Counted from the first letter of the stretch, positions 7,668 through 18,054 are shown. The stretch is 64,000 bases of DNA from Chitinophagales bacterium (GCA_038204855.1 JBBRCM010000003.1:620-64619); one strand, 5' to 3'. The notes: a model not told the origin generated them from the sequence alone. A program made the numbers and translations.

Positions 7668-10600
7668 AAGCCTGACCAGCTTTCCCGAAAATTCTTTTTT
7701 ATCAACGATCAGTTTATACCAATACATTCCTGCCGGTAAATTGCTGATATTAAACTGTTTTACATTACTGAAAACTGCCACCGTATTTCCATGGGCATTT
7801 ATTATAAAAATCTGGTTTGCAGTAAGTTCTGCGCCGGTTTGTTGAAGTTTAAAAATGCCGGTTGAAGGGTTAGGGTAAATCACCGGCATTATAGAAACAA
7901 CAGGTTCAGCTTTAACAGCAGCACAGACATTTTTTGCCATAGCCAGCTTTTGATCATCACTTATTTTTTTGGTTAAACTGCAATCGGTGCCGTTGGCTAA
8001 GGTAACTATTGCGTTTGAAGTTATGTAGTGGGGTAATTCAACTATGCGTTGATTTGTGAAATAATAGGTTTGGCCCATGTCACTTATCTCCCAATCAAAC
8101 TGCCCTGAAGTTGAATTTGCAGTTAATTGGATGCTGCAAATACCATTTTTGTTTACGATATCTGATGTAAAATCAGCCGCCTGGCATGGCTGTGGCTTAG
8201 GTTGTGCATACCATAAAAAGTTATTTACGTTTGCAAAAACCAGGCTGTACTGATAAAACTTCCTGGTAACGCGACAGAATTTACCAACAGATTCACGGGG
8301 TATTTCAATATAAAACAAAGCAGAATCATTGGGGGTTGCAAAACGTGCTTTTAAAGTATTTCCATTATTGTCCTGTATGTTAAATGCACTGTTTATATGC
8401 GCTTCTGATTTAAAGCCTGTACCGCCTGCATTGCTGTTTGAAATACTGAAATACAGTTTATTAATTCCCTGCGGAATGTAAATGTAACCCGGCATCTCTG
8501 CCTCTTTTTCGTAAGACTCTGTTGCCTTTCCAAAAAAAGCACCACTCTTATAAAATGTATTTTTATTTGTTGTGATGTTCAGATTAACGGATGATTTATA
8601 CTTTGAACAAACAGTTAGTTTATAGCTGCCTGACGCAGGAAGTTTAATTACGATACTCCCCGCCTTTGCGCTTTTATCAATGGAAAAATCTTCAACTATA
8701 TCCAGTACCCTGTCTGTTGATTCTACCGTAAAATTGATATACCCTTTATCATCCATTTCAAATGTGGGATCGTAATTAATTGTAAAAGACCCTGCTGCAG
8801 GTGCTTTTATACTGAATTCGCAACGATTGTAATAATCCATACCGTTTGTATAACCCAGTTGCACATGTACCACTTTAGAAACCCTTAAACCGGCAGCATC
8901 AATACGGCTGGCAATTACATCGGTGGTTTCAAATTTATAGTTGTTGATTGTATTACTGAATCTTACTAGATCATTTCTAAAATCATTTTCAACTTCGGCG
9001 GTAGTTATTAAAGGCAAATTTCCATTAAGGTAAGCTGATCCGTTTGCAACATTGTATTGCTGATAAAAACTGGTAGTTGTTGCGTAGCTTCTGCTGATAG
9101 TAGATATGAGGTAGTAACTGTTAACCAGCTGCATTTTATTGATCTTTGCCAGGTACATACACAAAGCAGCAGCTTTGCTGGTTTTGACACTTGTACCCTG
9201 GTCTCCGGCCCAATCGTAAAACAGGGCCATATAGTGCATGTAGGCTTTTAACTCCCGTAATCTTTCTTTTACCAATGCAGGTTCATTTGCAATTTGCTGT
9301 TCTGCATCCTTAACCAGCTCAAAATATAAAGGCATTTTGTACTGGTTCGAAATGCCGCCTGCAAGCTTTTTGTTATCGGTCCACAATTGCAACAGGCTGT
9401 AAATAGTTTTGCCTGCACTGACAAACATGTTGTTGCAGAATTCTGCCAGGCTGCTATCTACAGAAATATTATCTTTTAAATTTTTATTGGCAGCCATTAA
9501 AAAAGGCAGGCTTGCAAATTTAGCTGGCGAAGCTTCCCATATCAGGCCCTGGCTTTTTTTATCCTTAGCAATCTGCAGCGTTGTTTTTAATGCATCTAAA
9601 TCAAACGATGGTGTTTCACCACTCCACCCGGAAAGGTTTAAATAATTATACTCAGATATGTTTTTTGTTCTGTTGTACCAGCGGTTGCGTAAACCATTTG
9701 TACTGGTGAGGTTTTGATATACTTCCGGTATTAACTGTACATCTAATTTTTCGTTTATGGCAAGATTTGCCGAAGGAATATCGGCATGAGTTGAATAAGC
9801 ATATAGCTGAAAACTTATATTCGGATATTTGGTGCCAATCTTTTGCGCAGTATGATTTGCCAGCGCAATACTTTGGTCGCTTTCCTTTGCATAACCAACA
9901 TTACTGCATCCTGAATTATCTTTCGAATTTCCCCAAAGAGCGCCATCAGTAACTTCTACTCCAACATTAAAGTTGCCATAGTTTAATGCCCTGTACTGGC
10001 TCATAAGTCCGGTAGGATTATTTAAAACCATATTTCTGTATGCTGTATATTTCTGTTCAATGCTGTTGGCCCACAAATCTTTAGCAGCCGCATTATTTAC
10101 ATCCGGCACCGACTGCGAACTTGCAACCCGTGAATTATTATACGAGGCTATATAACATGGATTATTTTGCCAGGCAGTAATGTTGGCTCCACCTATTATA
10201 TCGCTTCTGTGGCCCGAAAAGCTGTATTGACCAGTCATTCCATTGCGGCGCTGATACAATGACCAGTTGTGTCCGTTTAAGCCAAAATAAGATTCCCATC
10301 CATAGTTACTATCATTATCCATTGCCCAACGGTTGTGGCCCCCACTTAAATACCAGCCATTATATTTATAACTAAAACTGTATGTGCTATCGGTTTTTTT
10401 ATATGGATTTGTAAGAACCGGCGTTCCTTCCCAAATAGAACCAGGCAGATAAAAACGGAAACCAAGTTGTTGTAAATATTGATAAATACCAAAGCACATT
10501 CCATTATCTTCTGCCGCAGAAAATTTTATAAAATTGATGCCATCGCTTTCTACCTTACATGCCTTGTTGCCGCTAACGGTTGAATCATACACAAATATGA

Positions 10601-10802
10601 ACCCCGATTGCGGCAGGATGCTATAGGCAGTGGTTATAAAATGGCTGCCGTTAATTGCTTTTTGCAGCAAGAGGGCAACATCTTCGGCAGTTGCTTTTAG
10701 CACTTTTGAAGATTGTGCAGGATAGCTTACTGTTTGTGCATGTACAGATAATACACCCAGCATTGCTATTGCAATAACAAAGTATTTGCGAATGAACGCC
10801 AT
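7665..10802 (-). CDS. secreted T9SS type A CTD protein with DUF4838/GH-like N-terminal region
   Basis: Signal peptide; GMCFGIYQYLQQLGFRFYLPG and LYAYSTH motifs; C-terminal IYPNPS...LPAGMYWYKL...KLVRL. Confidence 0.8.
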   Translation of the reverse strand: MAFIRKYFVIAIAMLGVLSVHAQTVSYPAQSSKVLKATAEDVALLLQKAINGSHFITTAYSILPQSGFIFVYDSTVSGNKACKVESDGINFIKFSAAEDNGMCFGIYQYLQQLGFRFYLPGSIWEGTPVLTNPYKKTDSTYSFSYKYNGWYLSGGHNRWAMDNDSNYGWESYFGLNGHNWSLYQRRNGMTGQYSFSGHRSDIIGGANITAWQNNPCYIASYNNSRVASSQSVPDVNNAAAKDLWANSIEQKYTAYRNMVLNNPTGLMSQYRALNYGNFNVGVEVTDGALWGNSKDNSGCSNVGYAKESDQSIALANHTAQKIGTKYPNISFQLYAYSTHADIPSANLAINEKLDVQLIPEVYQNLTSTNGLRNRWYNRTKNISEYNYLNLSGWSGETPSFDLDALKTTLQIAKDKKSQGLIWEASPAKFASLPFLMAANKNLKDNISVDSSLAEFCNNMFVSAGKTIYSLLQLWTDNKKLAGGISNQYKMPLYFELVKDAEQQIANEPALVKERLRELKAYMHYMALFYDWAGDQGTSVKTSKAAALCMYLAKINKMQLVNSYYLISTISRSYATTTSFYQQYNVANGSAYLNGNLPLITTAEVENDFRNDLVRFSNTINNYKFETTDVIASRIDAAGLRVSKVVHVQLGYTNGMDYYNRCEFSIKAPAAGSFTINYDPTFEMDDKGYINFTVESTDRVLDIVEDFSIDKSAKAGSIVIKLPASGSYKLTVCSKYKSSVNLNITTNKNTFYKSGAFFGKATESYEKEAEMPGYIYIPQGINKLYFSISNSNAGGTGFKSEAHINSAFNIQDNNGNTLKARFATPNDSALFYIEIPRESVGKFCRVTRKFYQYSLVFANVNNFLWYAQPKPQPCQAADFTSDIVNKNGICSIQLTANSTSGQFDWEISDMGQTYYFTNQRIVELPHYITSNAIVTLANGTDCSLTKKISDDQKLAMAKNVCAAVKAEPVVSIMPVIYPNPSTGIFKLQQTGAELTANQIFIINAHGNTVAVFSNVKQFNISNLPAGMYWYKLIVDKKEFSGKLVRL

Positions 10803-11054
10803 AGTTGTCTTGTTGGTAGTGAGATAAACTATGGTTCAAACACAGAAATAAATGGATTCAGCTTTTGTTATTCTTTGGGAGAGACAAAAATGATGGGGTA
10901 AGTCATCATTTATTTGATTGGGGAAATGCTAAGATATAAAAAAAATCAGAAAAACAATAAAATAAAATTTTTATTTTTTCCAGCCTGCATCGAGGTACTG
11001 AAATGCTCATCAGCATTTCATCAGTATGTTTTAAAAAATCCGAAAGCTAAATTA

Positions 11055-11900
11055 TTATTTTGCTGATGGGCATTTGTAAGTACTGATATTGTAAGTTAAA
11101 CCAACTTCGGCAATGATGTATTGGTCTCTTTGCTTACTCCAGCCACGTTGCCTGCCTTCAGTACCTAGTGGACGATCGGGATCTATTTCTACAGACCTGT
11201 CCTGCAGCAATGCAGCTACCGGAGTACCGATAAATTTATCTGCGCCTGCATAGGTTGTACTTACATCATCCAGGTAATCGGTGGTAGTAAAGCGGTGTGC
11301 TATTTCAAAAGAGAAATTAATCTTTTCGCTGAGATTATATTTTATGCCTACCCCAATTGGTATGCAAATGGCCAGTGTATTATATGGTTTGCGGCCCTTG
11401 TAGCCTGCAAGTTGTCCTTCGGTACCCAATGGGCGTAAAAATTCTTTTTGGCCATTAGTATATGCATACGGATCGTACGTAAAAGCTCCAATACCCAAAG
11501 TAATATAAGGCGTAAAACCGTAGTCAGGGTCTGTTGGAATGAATTTGAAGAAATTAAAATCGCCCTGCAATGCCACCTCCCAAATATTTGTATTAAAACT
11601 GAGGTTGCGTGTTTTCTGGTAGTCATTTTTACTGTAGAGGTCGCTGTAGCCCAACTGGGCATAATGTGCACTTAACCTTAGCCCCACATAATTACCAAAT
11701 GCCTTTCGAAAGAACAGACCCAAAGCAGGCTTGGGACGGTTAAGGCCAACCCTTGTATTTAAGTCGCCAAAATAATGAGCTACGCCAACAGTAACACCAA
11801 ATTCGCCCTTTTGAACGTATTCGAGGTTTTGCCTTGACTGTGCATTTATTTTTGCGCTAACTGAAATAAAAAGAATAAGGGCAGCTATTTTCATTTTCAT
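11055..11900 (-). CDS. PorG-like/DUF6089 outer membrane beta-barrel protein
   Basis: YFGDLN, RNLSF, LGTEGQ and TDYLDDVS motifs; this family is usually upstream of uppS in Bacteroidota. Confidence 0.8.
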   Translation of the reverse strand: MKMKIAALILFISVSAKINAQSRQNLEYVQKGEFGVTVGVAHYFGDLNTRVGLNRPKPALGLFFRKAFGNYVGLRLSAHYAQLGYSDLYSKNDYQKTRNLSFNTNIWEVALQGDFNFFKFIPTDPDYGFTPYITLGIGAFTYDPYAYTNGQKEFLRPLGTEGQLAGYKGRKPYNTLAICIPIGVGIKYNLSEKINFSFEIAHRFTTTDYLDDVSTTYAGADKFIGTPVAALLQDRSVEIDPDRPLGTEGRQRGWSKQRDQYIIAEVGLTYNISTYKCPSAK

Positions 11901-11966
11901 AATATGCAAAATAAAGAATTGTTTTGAAAAAAACGGGTTACGGTTCAATTTGTGTTAAAGGCATTG

Positions 11967-12458
11967 TTAATCTTTTTTCTTTTCAATACGCAGGCCCGCA
12001 CTCATGATATGCAATAAAGGATTGTCCCGCATAATTTGTGAAATACTGAAACTGTACTTACCGGGCTGTTTAAATCTGCGGGCTGCTCCGTTCAGTAACT
12101 TCCGAACCTCCCAGATATCGTTCATTCCGGAGCCTTCCCAGCCATTTGCATCATCTCCCAAAATAAGATTCACTTTTTGAAAATGCATCGTATCGCCGGG
12201 AGGTTGCAAACCTATGTTAAGCCAAATATTATTGTATTTGTAAGCATCAGTATGGCGCAGTACCAGGTAAATACTGTAAGGTGATATAGTGTCGGCGATG
12301 ATAAAATCTCCTTTGGCAGAAAAATTTTGCTTCCATTCATACCCCGGTATGGAAGTATCTTTCTCAAAAATTTCAATTTGGGTACAGGAGTTAAAAAAAA
12401 GGCAATAAGCAACAGACAATAATAAAAACTGAAATTTAGTGTTGTTTACCTTTTTCAT
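11967..12458 (-). CDS. gldH: gliding motility lipoprotein GldH
   Basis: Lipobox FNSC; LRHTDAYKYNNIWL, GWEGSG and QIMRDNPL motifs. Confidence 0.88.
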   Translation of the reverse strand: MKKVNNTKFQFLLLSVAYCLFFNSCTQIEIFEKDTSIPGYEWKQNFSAKGDFIIADTISPYSIYLVLRHTDAYKYNNIWLNIGLQPPGDTMHFQKVNLILGDDANGWEGSGMNDIWEVRKLLNGAARRFKQPGKYSFSISQIMRDNPLLHIMSAGLRIEKKKD

Positions 12459-12491
12459 TATGGAAAACTCTTTATCTGATTTGCTTATTAT

Positions 12492-13367
12492 TTACAGAAT
12501 ATTCAATACCTGCTCTTTTGCTTTCTCCAGTTCATTCTTCATTTTTACAACGCATTTTTGAATATCGGCGTCATAAGCTTTGCTACCGGTTGTATTAATT
12601 TCACGACCAATTTCCTGTAAAATAAATGATAATTTTTTTCCTTTTCCTTCGTCTGATTCATTCAGAATCGATTCAAAGTACTCGCAGTGCTGGCGAAGCC
12701 TGATCTGCTCTTCATGAATATCAATCTTCTCCATATAGTAGATCAATTCCTGCTCCATGCGGTTATTATCAATATTCTCTTTGCCTACATGTTTTTCAAG
12801 CAACTGATTTATTTCATCCTTAATCCGCTTTTTACGGTTGGGTTCAAAAACAAGGATGGCTTCCTCCTGTTCTTTAATATTGCTTATGCGGAGTAACATA
12901 TCTTTTTCCAGCACAGCCCCTTCATCGCTACGATGCTGGTTTAAGTTAGCTAATGCTTCCAGCAATACTTTACTAAAGTCGGCAAAGTCTCCCTCACTTA
13001 AAATGTCATTGGTTGGTGTTACCACTTCCGGCAAACGTAACAACGCACTCAATACAGAGTTTGTATCAATTTTAAGTTCGCCTGCTAAAGTCTCTATCTG
13101 GGTATAATAGGCTTTTATCAGGTCGGTATTGATATTAACCGGCTTGGATGTCCCGTTTTGTTTAATGATTACCATACAATCAATGGTACCACGGATCAGG
13201 TGCTCCTGCAGTGTGTTGCGTATTTCAAACTCATAGGGTCTCAACAGAGGTGGTAATCTAAGTTGCAATTCAAATTGCTTGCCGTTAAGCGCCTTTATCT
13301 CTACTAAAAAAGTTTTTTCATTTACAGTTTGTTCCGCTCTTCCAAAACCGGTCATTGATTTAAGCAT
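12492..13367 (-). CDS. yicC: YicC/YloC family endoribonuclease
   Basis: SMTGFGRA N-terminus; GKKLSFILQEIGREINTTGSK; KEQVLNI. Confidence 0.93.
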   Translation of the reverse strand: MLKSMTGFGRAEQTVNEKTFLVEIKALNGKQFELQLRLPPLLRPYEFEIRNTLQEHLIRGTIDCMVIIKQNGTSKPVNINTDLIKAYYTQIETLAGELKIDTNSVLSALLRLPEVVTPTNDILSEGDFADFSKVLLEALANLNQHRSDEGAVLEKDMLLRISNIKEQEEAILVFEPNRKKRIKDEINQLLEKHVGKENIDNNRMEQELIYYMEKIDIHEEQIRLRQHCEYFESILNESDEGKGKKLSFILQEIGREINTTGSKAYDADIQKCVVKMKNELEKAKEQVLNIL

Positions 13368-13404
13368 GTATCAAATTTTAGGGTGCAAGTTAAGGATATA
13401 ATTA

Positions 13405-13869
13405 TCAGTTGGTTTCAGGGTATGCTTCAAATGGTTTAAAACCCATTATGCGTTCGGGTTTATCTAGTGCAGAAAAACCAAATTGCAAATACAAACGATG
13501 TGCATCTTTGGTTGCCAATAACCACCTGCGCAGTCCTTGCAAATCAGGGCAATTCATAATTGTCTGCATCATCCATTTTGAGAGACCTTTTCCACGATGA
13601 GATTCAATAATAAAAACATCCGCCAGGTAACCAAAGGTTGCATAGTCAGAAATCACTCTTGCAAAACCGACCTGCTTTAAAATTGAATTTCCATTTGCAT
13701 ACAAACCAAAACAACAAGAGCCTTCGATACTTTTTTTGACAGTTTGAACCGGAATATTTTTTGCCCAATAACTCTCGTTACATAAATAATCGTGAATGAA
13801 TTTAATGTCAAGTTTGCTTTTGTCTGTGCTGATGCAAAAATCATTTTGCTGTACTTCGTAAATTTTCAT
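13405..13869 (-). CDS. GNAT family N-acetyltransferase
   Basis: GFARVISD, DVFIIESHRGKGLSK, LYLQFGF. Confidence 0.88.
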   Translation of the reverse strand: MKIYEVQQNDFCISTDKSKLDIKFIHDYLCNESYWAKNIPVQTVKKSIEGSCCFGLYANGNSILKQVGFARVISDYATFGYLADVFIIESHRGKGLSKWMMQTIMNCPDLQGLRRWLLATKDAHRLYLQFGFSALDKPERIMGFKPFEAYPETN

Positions 13870-13900
13870 CTGTTAAATTTTCGCATTCAAGAACATCCAT

Positions 13901-13934
13901 AAAAAAATAAAGCCCGACTTTTAACAGTCAGGCT
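13901..13934 (-). terminator. orphan intrinsic terminator upstream of the GNAT gene
   Basis: Minus-strand stem AGCCTGACT/AGTCGGGCT followed by TTATTTTTTT. Confidence 0.6.
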
Positions 13935-14029
13935 CTAATATATATATGGGTTAGTAAGTACCAGGAACAAAATTCCTTACACAATATTAAAAATAATTTT
14001 TGCTAACAAAAAAGAAATCAGGGATTATT

Positions 14030-14060
14030 TTATTCACATTTTAAATACGGCTGTGGATAA
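14030..14060. promoter_or_regulatory. pair of inverted DnaA boxes (oriC candidate)
   Basis: TTATTCACA (14030-14038) and TGTGGATAA (14052-14060) in a roughly 0.5 kb AT-rich divergent intergenic region. Confidence 0.5.
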
Positions 14061-14397
14061 GGGTAGGCATTTTTCTTAAACATTTAGCTAAAAAAAATGA
14101 ACAGCAAAAATTCTATCCCTTTCCATTTTATCACAACAACAAAAACAGATGCAATGAAACCCTTTGTTCATCTATATTACAGAAGAAGCGTTTTCACTGT
14201 CATAAAAAGTCTAGAGTTTATTTTCGACTTCATATTTTAACAAGTGCAACCATTATTTTAGCTTTATTCGGTCTCGTTTTTCTTTAAAAAAGATTTTAAA
14301 AAAATACCAAAATCAAGTGCGTAAATGCCTTTTTTAAAGTTTTTATGATAAAAGCGGATAAATACAAAGCGATGTACCTTTGCTGAAATTTTTGATT

Positions 14398-15342
14398 ATG
14401 CAATTTCCATCTCCTGTTTCCCTGCAATGGATCGCTGAATTCATCGATGCAAAATTAGTAGGTAACACAAAAGAATCCGCAACCGGTATTAATGAAATAC
14501 ACAAGGTTGAAAAAGGTGATCTTGTTTTTGTTGACCATCCAAAATATTACGACAAGTGTTTAAACAGTGCTGCAAGTTTTATCATCATCAATAAAGAAAC
14601 AAATGTACCTGAAGGAAAAGCGTTGCTGATTGTTGACAATCCATTTGAAGCGTATTGTAAAATTGCAAATCACTTTCGTCCTTTTGAACCATCTCAAAAA
14701 ATGATCAGCGATTCCGCAGTGATTGGCGAAGGAAGTTTTATTTATCCGGGTGCTTTTATTGGCAATCATGTAAGTATCGGAAAAAACAGTATCATTCATC
14801 CCAGTGTATGCATTATGGACCATTGTATTATTGGTGATAATGTAGTCATTCAGGCTGGCACCGTTATAGGCAGCGATGCCTTTTATTATAACACTAAAAA
14901 AGACCGTGAACGCTGGTACAAAAAAATGCCCAGTTGCGGCCGTGTTATTATTGAAGATCATGTTGAAATTGGAGCAGGCTGTACCATTGACAGAGGTGTT
15001 AGCCACGACACCATCATCGGCACAGGCACCAAGATGGATAACATGATCCATATTGGCCATGATACGGTGATTGGTAAAAACTGCCTTATTGCAGCCCAGG
15101 TAGGTATTGCAGGTGTAGTAACGCTGAAAGATGGCGTAACTCTTTGGGGGCAGGTTGGGGTAAGTAAAACACTTACCATTGGAGCAGGTGCGGTGATATA
15201 TGGGCAAAGTGGTGTTGGTAACGATGTGGAAGGTGGCAAAACTTATCTAGGGTCACCGATACAGGAGGCCAGGATAAAAACAAAGGAATTGGTTTGGGTA
15301 AAAAGGATACCGGAGTTATGGGAAAAAGTGATGGGCAAATGA
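14398..15342 (+). CDS. lpxD: UDP-3-O-acylglucosamine N-acyltransferase (LpxD-like paralog)
   Basis: LpxD N-terminal domain, hexapeptide repeats, [16 protein letters not shown]; -7 element TACCTTTG at 14375. Confidence 0.82.
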   Translation: MQFPSPVSLQWIAEFIDAKLVGNTKESATGINEIHKVEKGDLVFVDHPKYYDKCLNSAASFIIINKETNVPEGKALLIVDNPFEAYCKIANHFRPFEPSQKMISDSAVIGEGSFIYPGAFIGNHVSIGKNSIIHPSVCIMDHCIIGDNVVIQAGTVIGSDAFYYNTKKDRERWYKKMPSCGRVIIEDHVEIGAGCTIDRGVSHDTIIGTGTKMDNMIHIGHDTVIGKNCLIAAQVGIAGVVTLKDGVTLWGQVGVSKTLTIGAGAVIYGQSGVGNDVEGGKTYLGSPIQEARIKTKELVWVKRIPELWEKVMGK

Positions 15343-15353
15343 TTTACGCTTAT

Positions 15354-16892
15354 TTATTTTATAGTTCTTGATTCTATTGCCACAAAATTTAACCCGTTGA
15401 CTTTTTGCAGGCGGGTGTATTTGAATGATGTGGCAGTTACAGTTACATTTTCGAGTGTAACTCTTAATGGGGTTGGATATAAAATAATCATTCCTATTTG
15501 TGCTTTTTCTGCATCCAGGTATTTCCAGGTAAATTTATAGTCCTGCCCGTTGAAAGTATAGATGCCTGTATTATCAGTATTGAATTTATAAAAATCATTA
15601 TCGAAGTTGATTGTGTTTTCCTGTACGCCTCTTTTGTAATACTGCATACTATTTCCATCAATTACCCTGCTCTCTTCAACTTTCCAGGTGTGTTCAGTTA
15701 ACAGGCTTTCCTTTGCTTTGGTAATATCTATCATAGGTATTGCAGGCTCTGCAGCTACCGGCACTACTACTTCTACTTTCTTTGCAGGCGCAGGTTTTCC
15801 AGAAAAATTATAATCATACGGCACCATATCAGCCACTTTCTCCCAACCTAAATAACCGGTTATGGTAATATCGTTTTGCTCAAAATAAAATCCATTTTGC
15901 TCAATATCTAAAGTTTCATTGGGTAAAAAAGAAAGTACAGAAAGCTGAAATTTTGCCGGTGCTTCCGGATTTTCTTCAAGGTATAAACCTGGCGATGTTT
16001 CGTTTTTATAGATAACCGCTACATCTTTTTGCCTGGGCAAAATCTCCACTACATTCGTGCTGTCATCAAGCAAATAATTAACTGCGCCATAAAAGTTTTT
16101 CAACGGTATCGCTGTTTCCTTTTCTGCATTTTTTACGATAAACTGAATTTCAAAACCTTCTTCCTTTAATTTTTTTTGATACATGCTGCGCATGAAATGA
16201 AGTATGGATCCGTTGTAAGCCGTTTTGCGTGCTGCATTCCATTTTTCAAGCTGGGCGGCTTCGGCAGACTGCATCTCCTGGAATAATGGATAACCCGAAT
16301 AAAGGCTTGTCTCTGTATTGTATTCATGTACAAAAGAATCCAGTTGATATTTAATAGTGTAACCCAATGCATCGTTTACAATTTCAAGCGGCTCTGTTGC
16401 CAGTATTTTCAGGCGCTTTGACCGGCGGTAATAAAAAAACTTTAACGCCTCTTTGTTTTTAATATAGCATTGTTTACTGTTGGTAGTTTTACCAATAAAG
16501 TTTTCTAAAAAGAAATCACCATACTTCTGCAGTCCATCAGCGACCTCCGATGTTGACTTTACTACAAATTCTTCAAGCGACTTTTCTTTTTTCTTTATTT
16601 CAATTACAATATCATTATTGCCGGCATCGCCTGCCGTAACTCTTTTTGTTTCTGTTTGATAACCGGTAAAAGTAACCACAATGTTGTAGCCGCCATTGGG
16701 CAGGCTTAAGTTAAAATATCCATGATCGTTTGTTGCTGTACCAAGTGTTGTATTTTCGGCGAATACTGATGCACCCTGCAATGTGAGTTTGGTTTCAGCA
16801 TCAATTATTTTACCACTGATGCTGTAGCCCGTTTGTGAGAAAGAGGCTACGGAACCAAAAGCAATTAATAGAAAGAGTACGCTTTTCTTCAT
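15354..16892 (-). CDS. carboxypeptidase-like regulatory domain protein with extra C-terminal domain
   Basis: ISGKIIDAETKLTLQGASV beta-sandwich; NDALGYTIKYQL; Pro/Ala linker followed by a lipocalin-like tail. Confidence 0.75.
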   Translation of the reverse strand: MKKSVLFLLIAFGSVASFSQTGYSISGKIIDAETKLTLQGASVFAENTTLGTATNDHGYFNLSLPNGGYNIVVTFTGYQTETKRVTAGDAGNNDIVIEIKKKEKSLEEFVVKSTSEVADGLQKYGDFFLENFIGKTTNSKQCYIKNKEALKFFYYRRSKRLKILATEPLEIVNDALGYTIKYQLDSFVHEYNTETSLYSGYPLFQEMQSAEAAQLEKWNAARKTAYNGSILHFMRSMYQKKLKEEGFEIQFIVKNAEKETAIPLKNFYGAVNYLLDDSTNVVEILPRQKDVAVIYKNETSPGLYLEENPEAPAKFQLSVLSFLPNETLDIEQNGFYFEQNDITITGYLGWEKVADMVPYDYNFSGKPAPAKKVEVVVPVAAEPAIPMIDITKAKESLLTEHTWKVEESRVIDGNSMQYYKRGVQENTINFDNDFYKFNTDNTGIYTFNGQDYKFTWKYLDAEKAQIGMIILYPTPLRVTLENVTVTATSFKYTRLQKVNGLNFVAIESRTIK

Positions 16893-16938
16893 TTTATGTT
16901 TTTAAGCATGTATGATGCACTTATTATGCGAAAGTAAA

Positions 16939-17916
16939 TTACCTGCTGTTAATATTTTGTTGTAATGCGATGCAGGTATCAGCAATGGTACTTTCAATTT
17001 TACGATAAGAAAAGCCGGGCAGGAATTTCTTTAGCTTACTGTTATCAAAGGTAACTTTTGCCATTGCCGTTGCGGAAGTTTCTTTGGTTAAGAGTGGGTC
17101 TTTACCTGTAAAAAAACTTTTAATTGCCTCCATCCGCCACACAATTTTTGCAAGTAGCAGTGTTACTTTTTTATAAGGAGGTTTTTTACCGAATGCATTT
17201 GCCATTAAATTAAACACCTCGGCATAGGTTTTATTTTCGGCACTAACAATAAAACGTTCTGCTGATACATTACTGTTCATCAATTCAATCATTGCTTTAA
17301 CCACATCACGCACGTCAACAAAGCCCGTACTGCCATCGGTGTACCAGGGAAATTCATCATACGCAGTTTTAAAAATCTGCGACGAGCCTCCATTCCAGTC
17401 GCCGGCCCCCAATATAATTACCGGGTTAACCATCACTGCATCCAGCCCTTCGCCAATGCCACGCCACACCTGCATTTCGGCCAGGTACTTGCTTTGCCCG
17501 TATGCACTGTTGCTGGTTTCTTCCGTCCAATTCATGGTTTCATTAATGGGTTCATTCTCCCTGATGCGCCCGAGCGCCGCAACCGAACTTACATAAACCA
17601 TTTTTTTTACGCCTGCATCCAGTGCCGCATTCACTACATTTGCCGTGCCTTCAATATTTATTTTAAACATCTCCTGCCTGCGCCTTGGATTAAAACTAAC
17701 GATGGCTGCACAATGATATACCTGTTCAACAGCATTCATGGCTTCTTCCAATCCAACAACATCCAAAATATCACATTGCACCTGCTGCAGATTATCATTA
17801 TGAAAGTTGGGAAGCTCTGTTTTGTTGTATATGGCTCTTACCTGTTTACCTTGCAGCAGTAATTGTGTAATTAATTCTTTTCCCAATAAACCTGCGCCAC
17901 CGGTTACTAAAATCAT
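16939..17916 (-). CDS. NAD-dependent epimerase/dehydratase
   Basis: TGGAGLLG and YGQSK (extended SDR motifs). Confidence 0.88.
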   Translation of the reverse strand: MILVTGGAGLLGKELITQLLLQGKQVRAIYNKTELPNFHNDNLQQVQCDILDVVGLEEAMNAVEQVYHCAAIVSFNPRRRQEMFKINIEGTANVVNAALDAGVKKMVYVSSVAALGRIRENEPINETMNWTEETSNSAYGQSKYLAEMQVWRGIGEGLDAVMVNPVIILGAGDWNGGSSQIFKTAYDEFPWYTDGSTGFVDVRDVVKAMIELMNSNVSAERFIVSAENKTYAEVFNLMANAFGKKPPYKKVTLLLAKIVWRMEAIKSFFTGKDPLLTKETSATAMAKVTFDNSKLKKFLPGFSYRKIESTIADTCIALQQNINSR

Positions 17917-17920
17917 TTTT

Positions 17921-18054
17921 AATGGATAATTTTTTAATGGATAATTGATAATGTTTTAGGATGCCGGTGTTTTCTTTCTTAATTTACTGCTTTAATAACT
18001 GAAAATGATTTTGCTTTAAGGAATTATCCATTATTTCATTATCAATTATCCATT
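17921..18054. repeat. inverted repeat built from heptamer-like units
   Basis: Perfect 18-bp IR AATGGATAATTGATAATG (17936-17953) / CATTATCAATTATCCATT (18037-18054), plus extra 11-bp copies. Confidence 0.75.

Noticed and set aside
14560-15207. 215-aa antisense ORF and other long antisense ORFs in the track
   Set aside because: Antisense shadows of well-supported genes (lpxD, RND, bamA, kinases)
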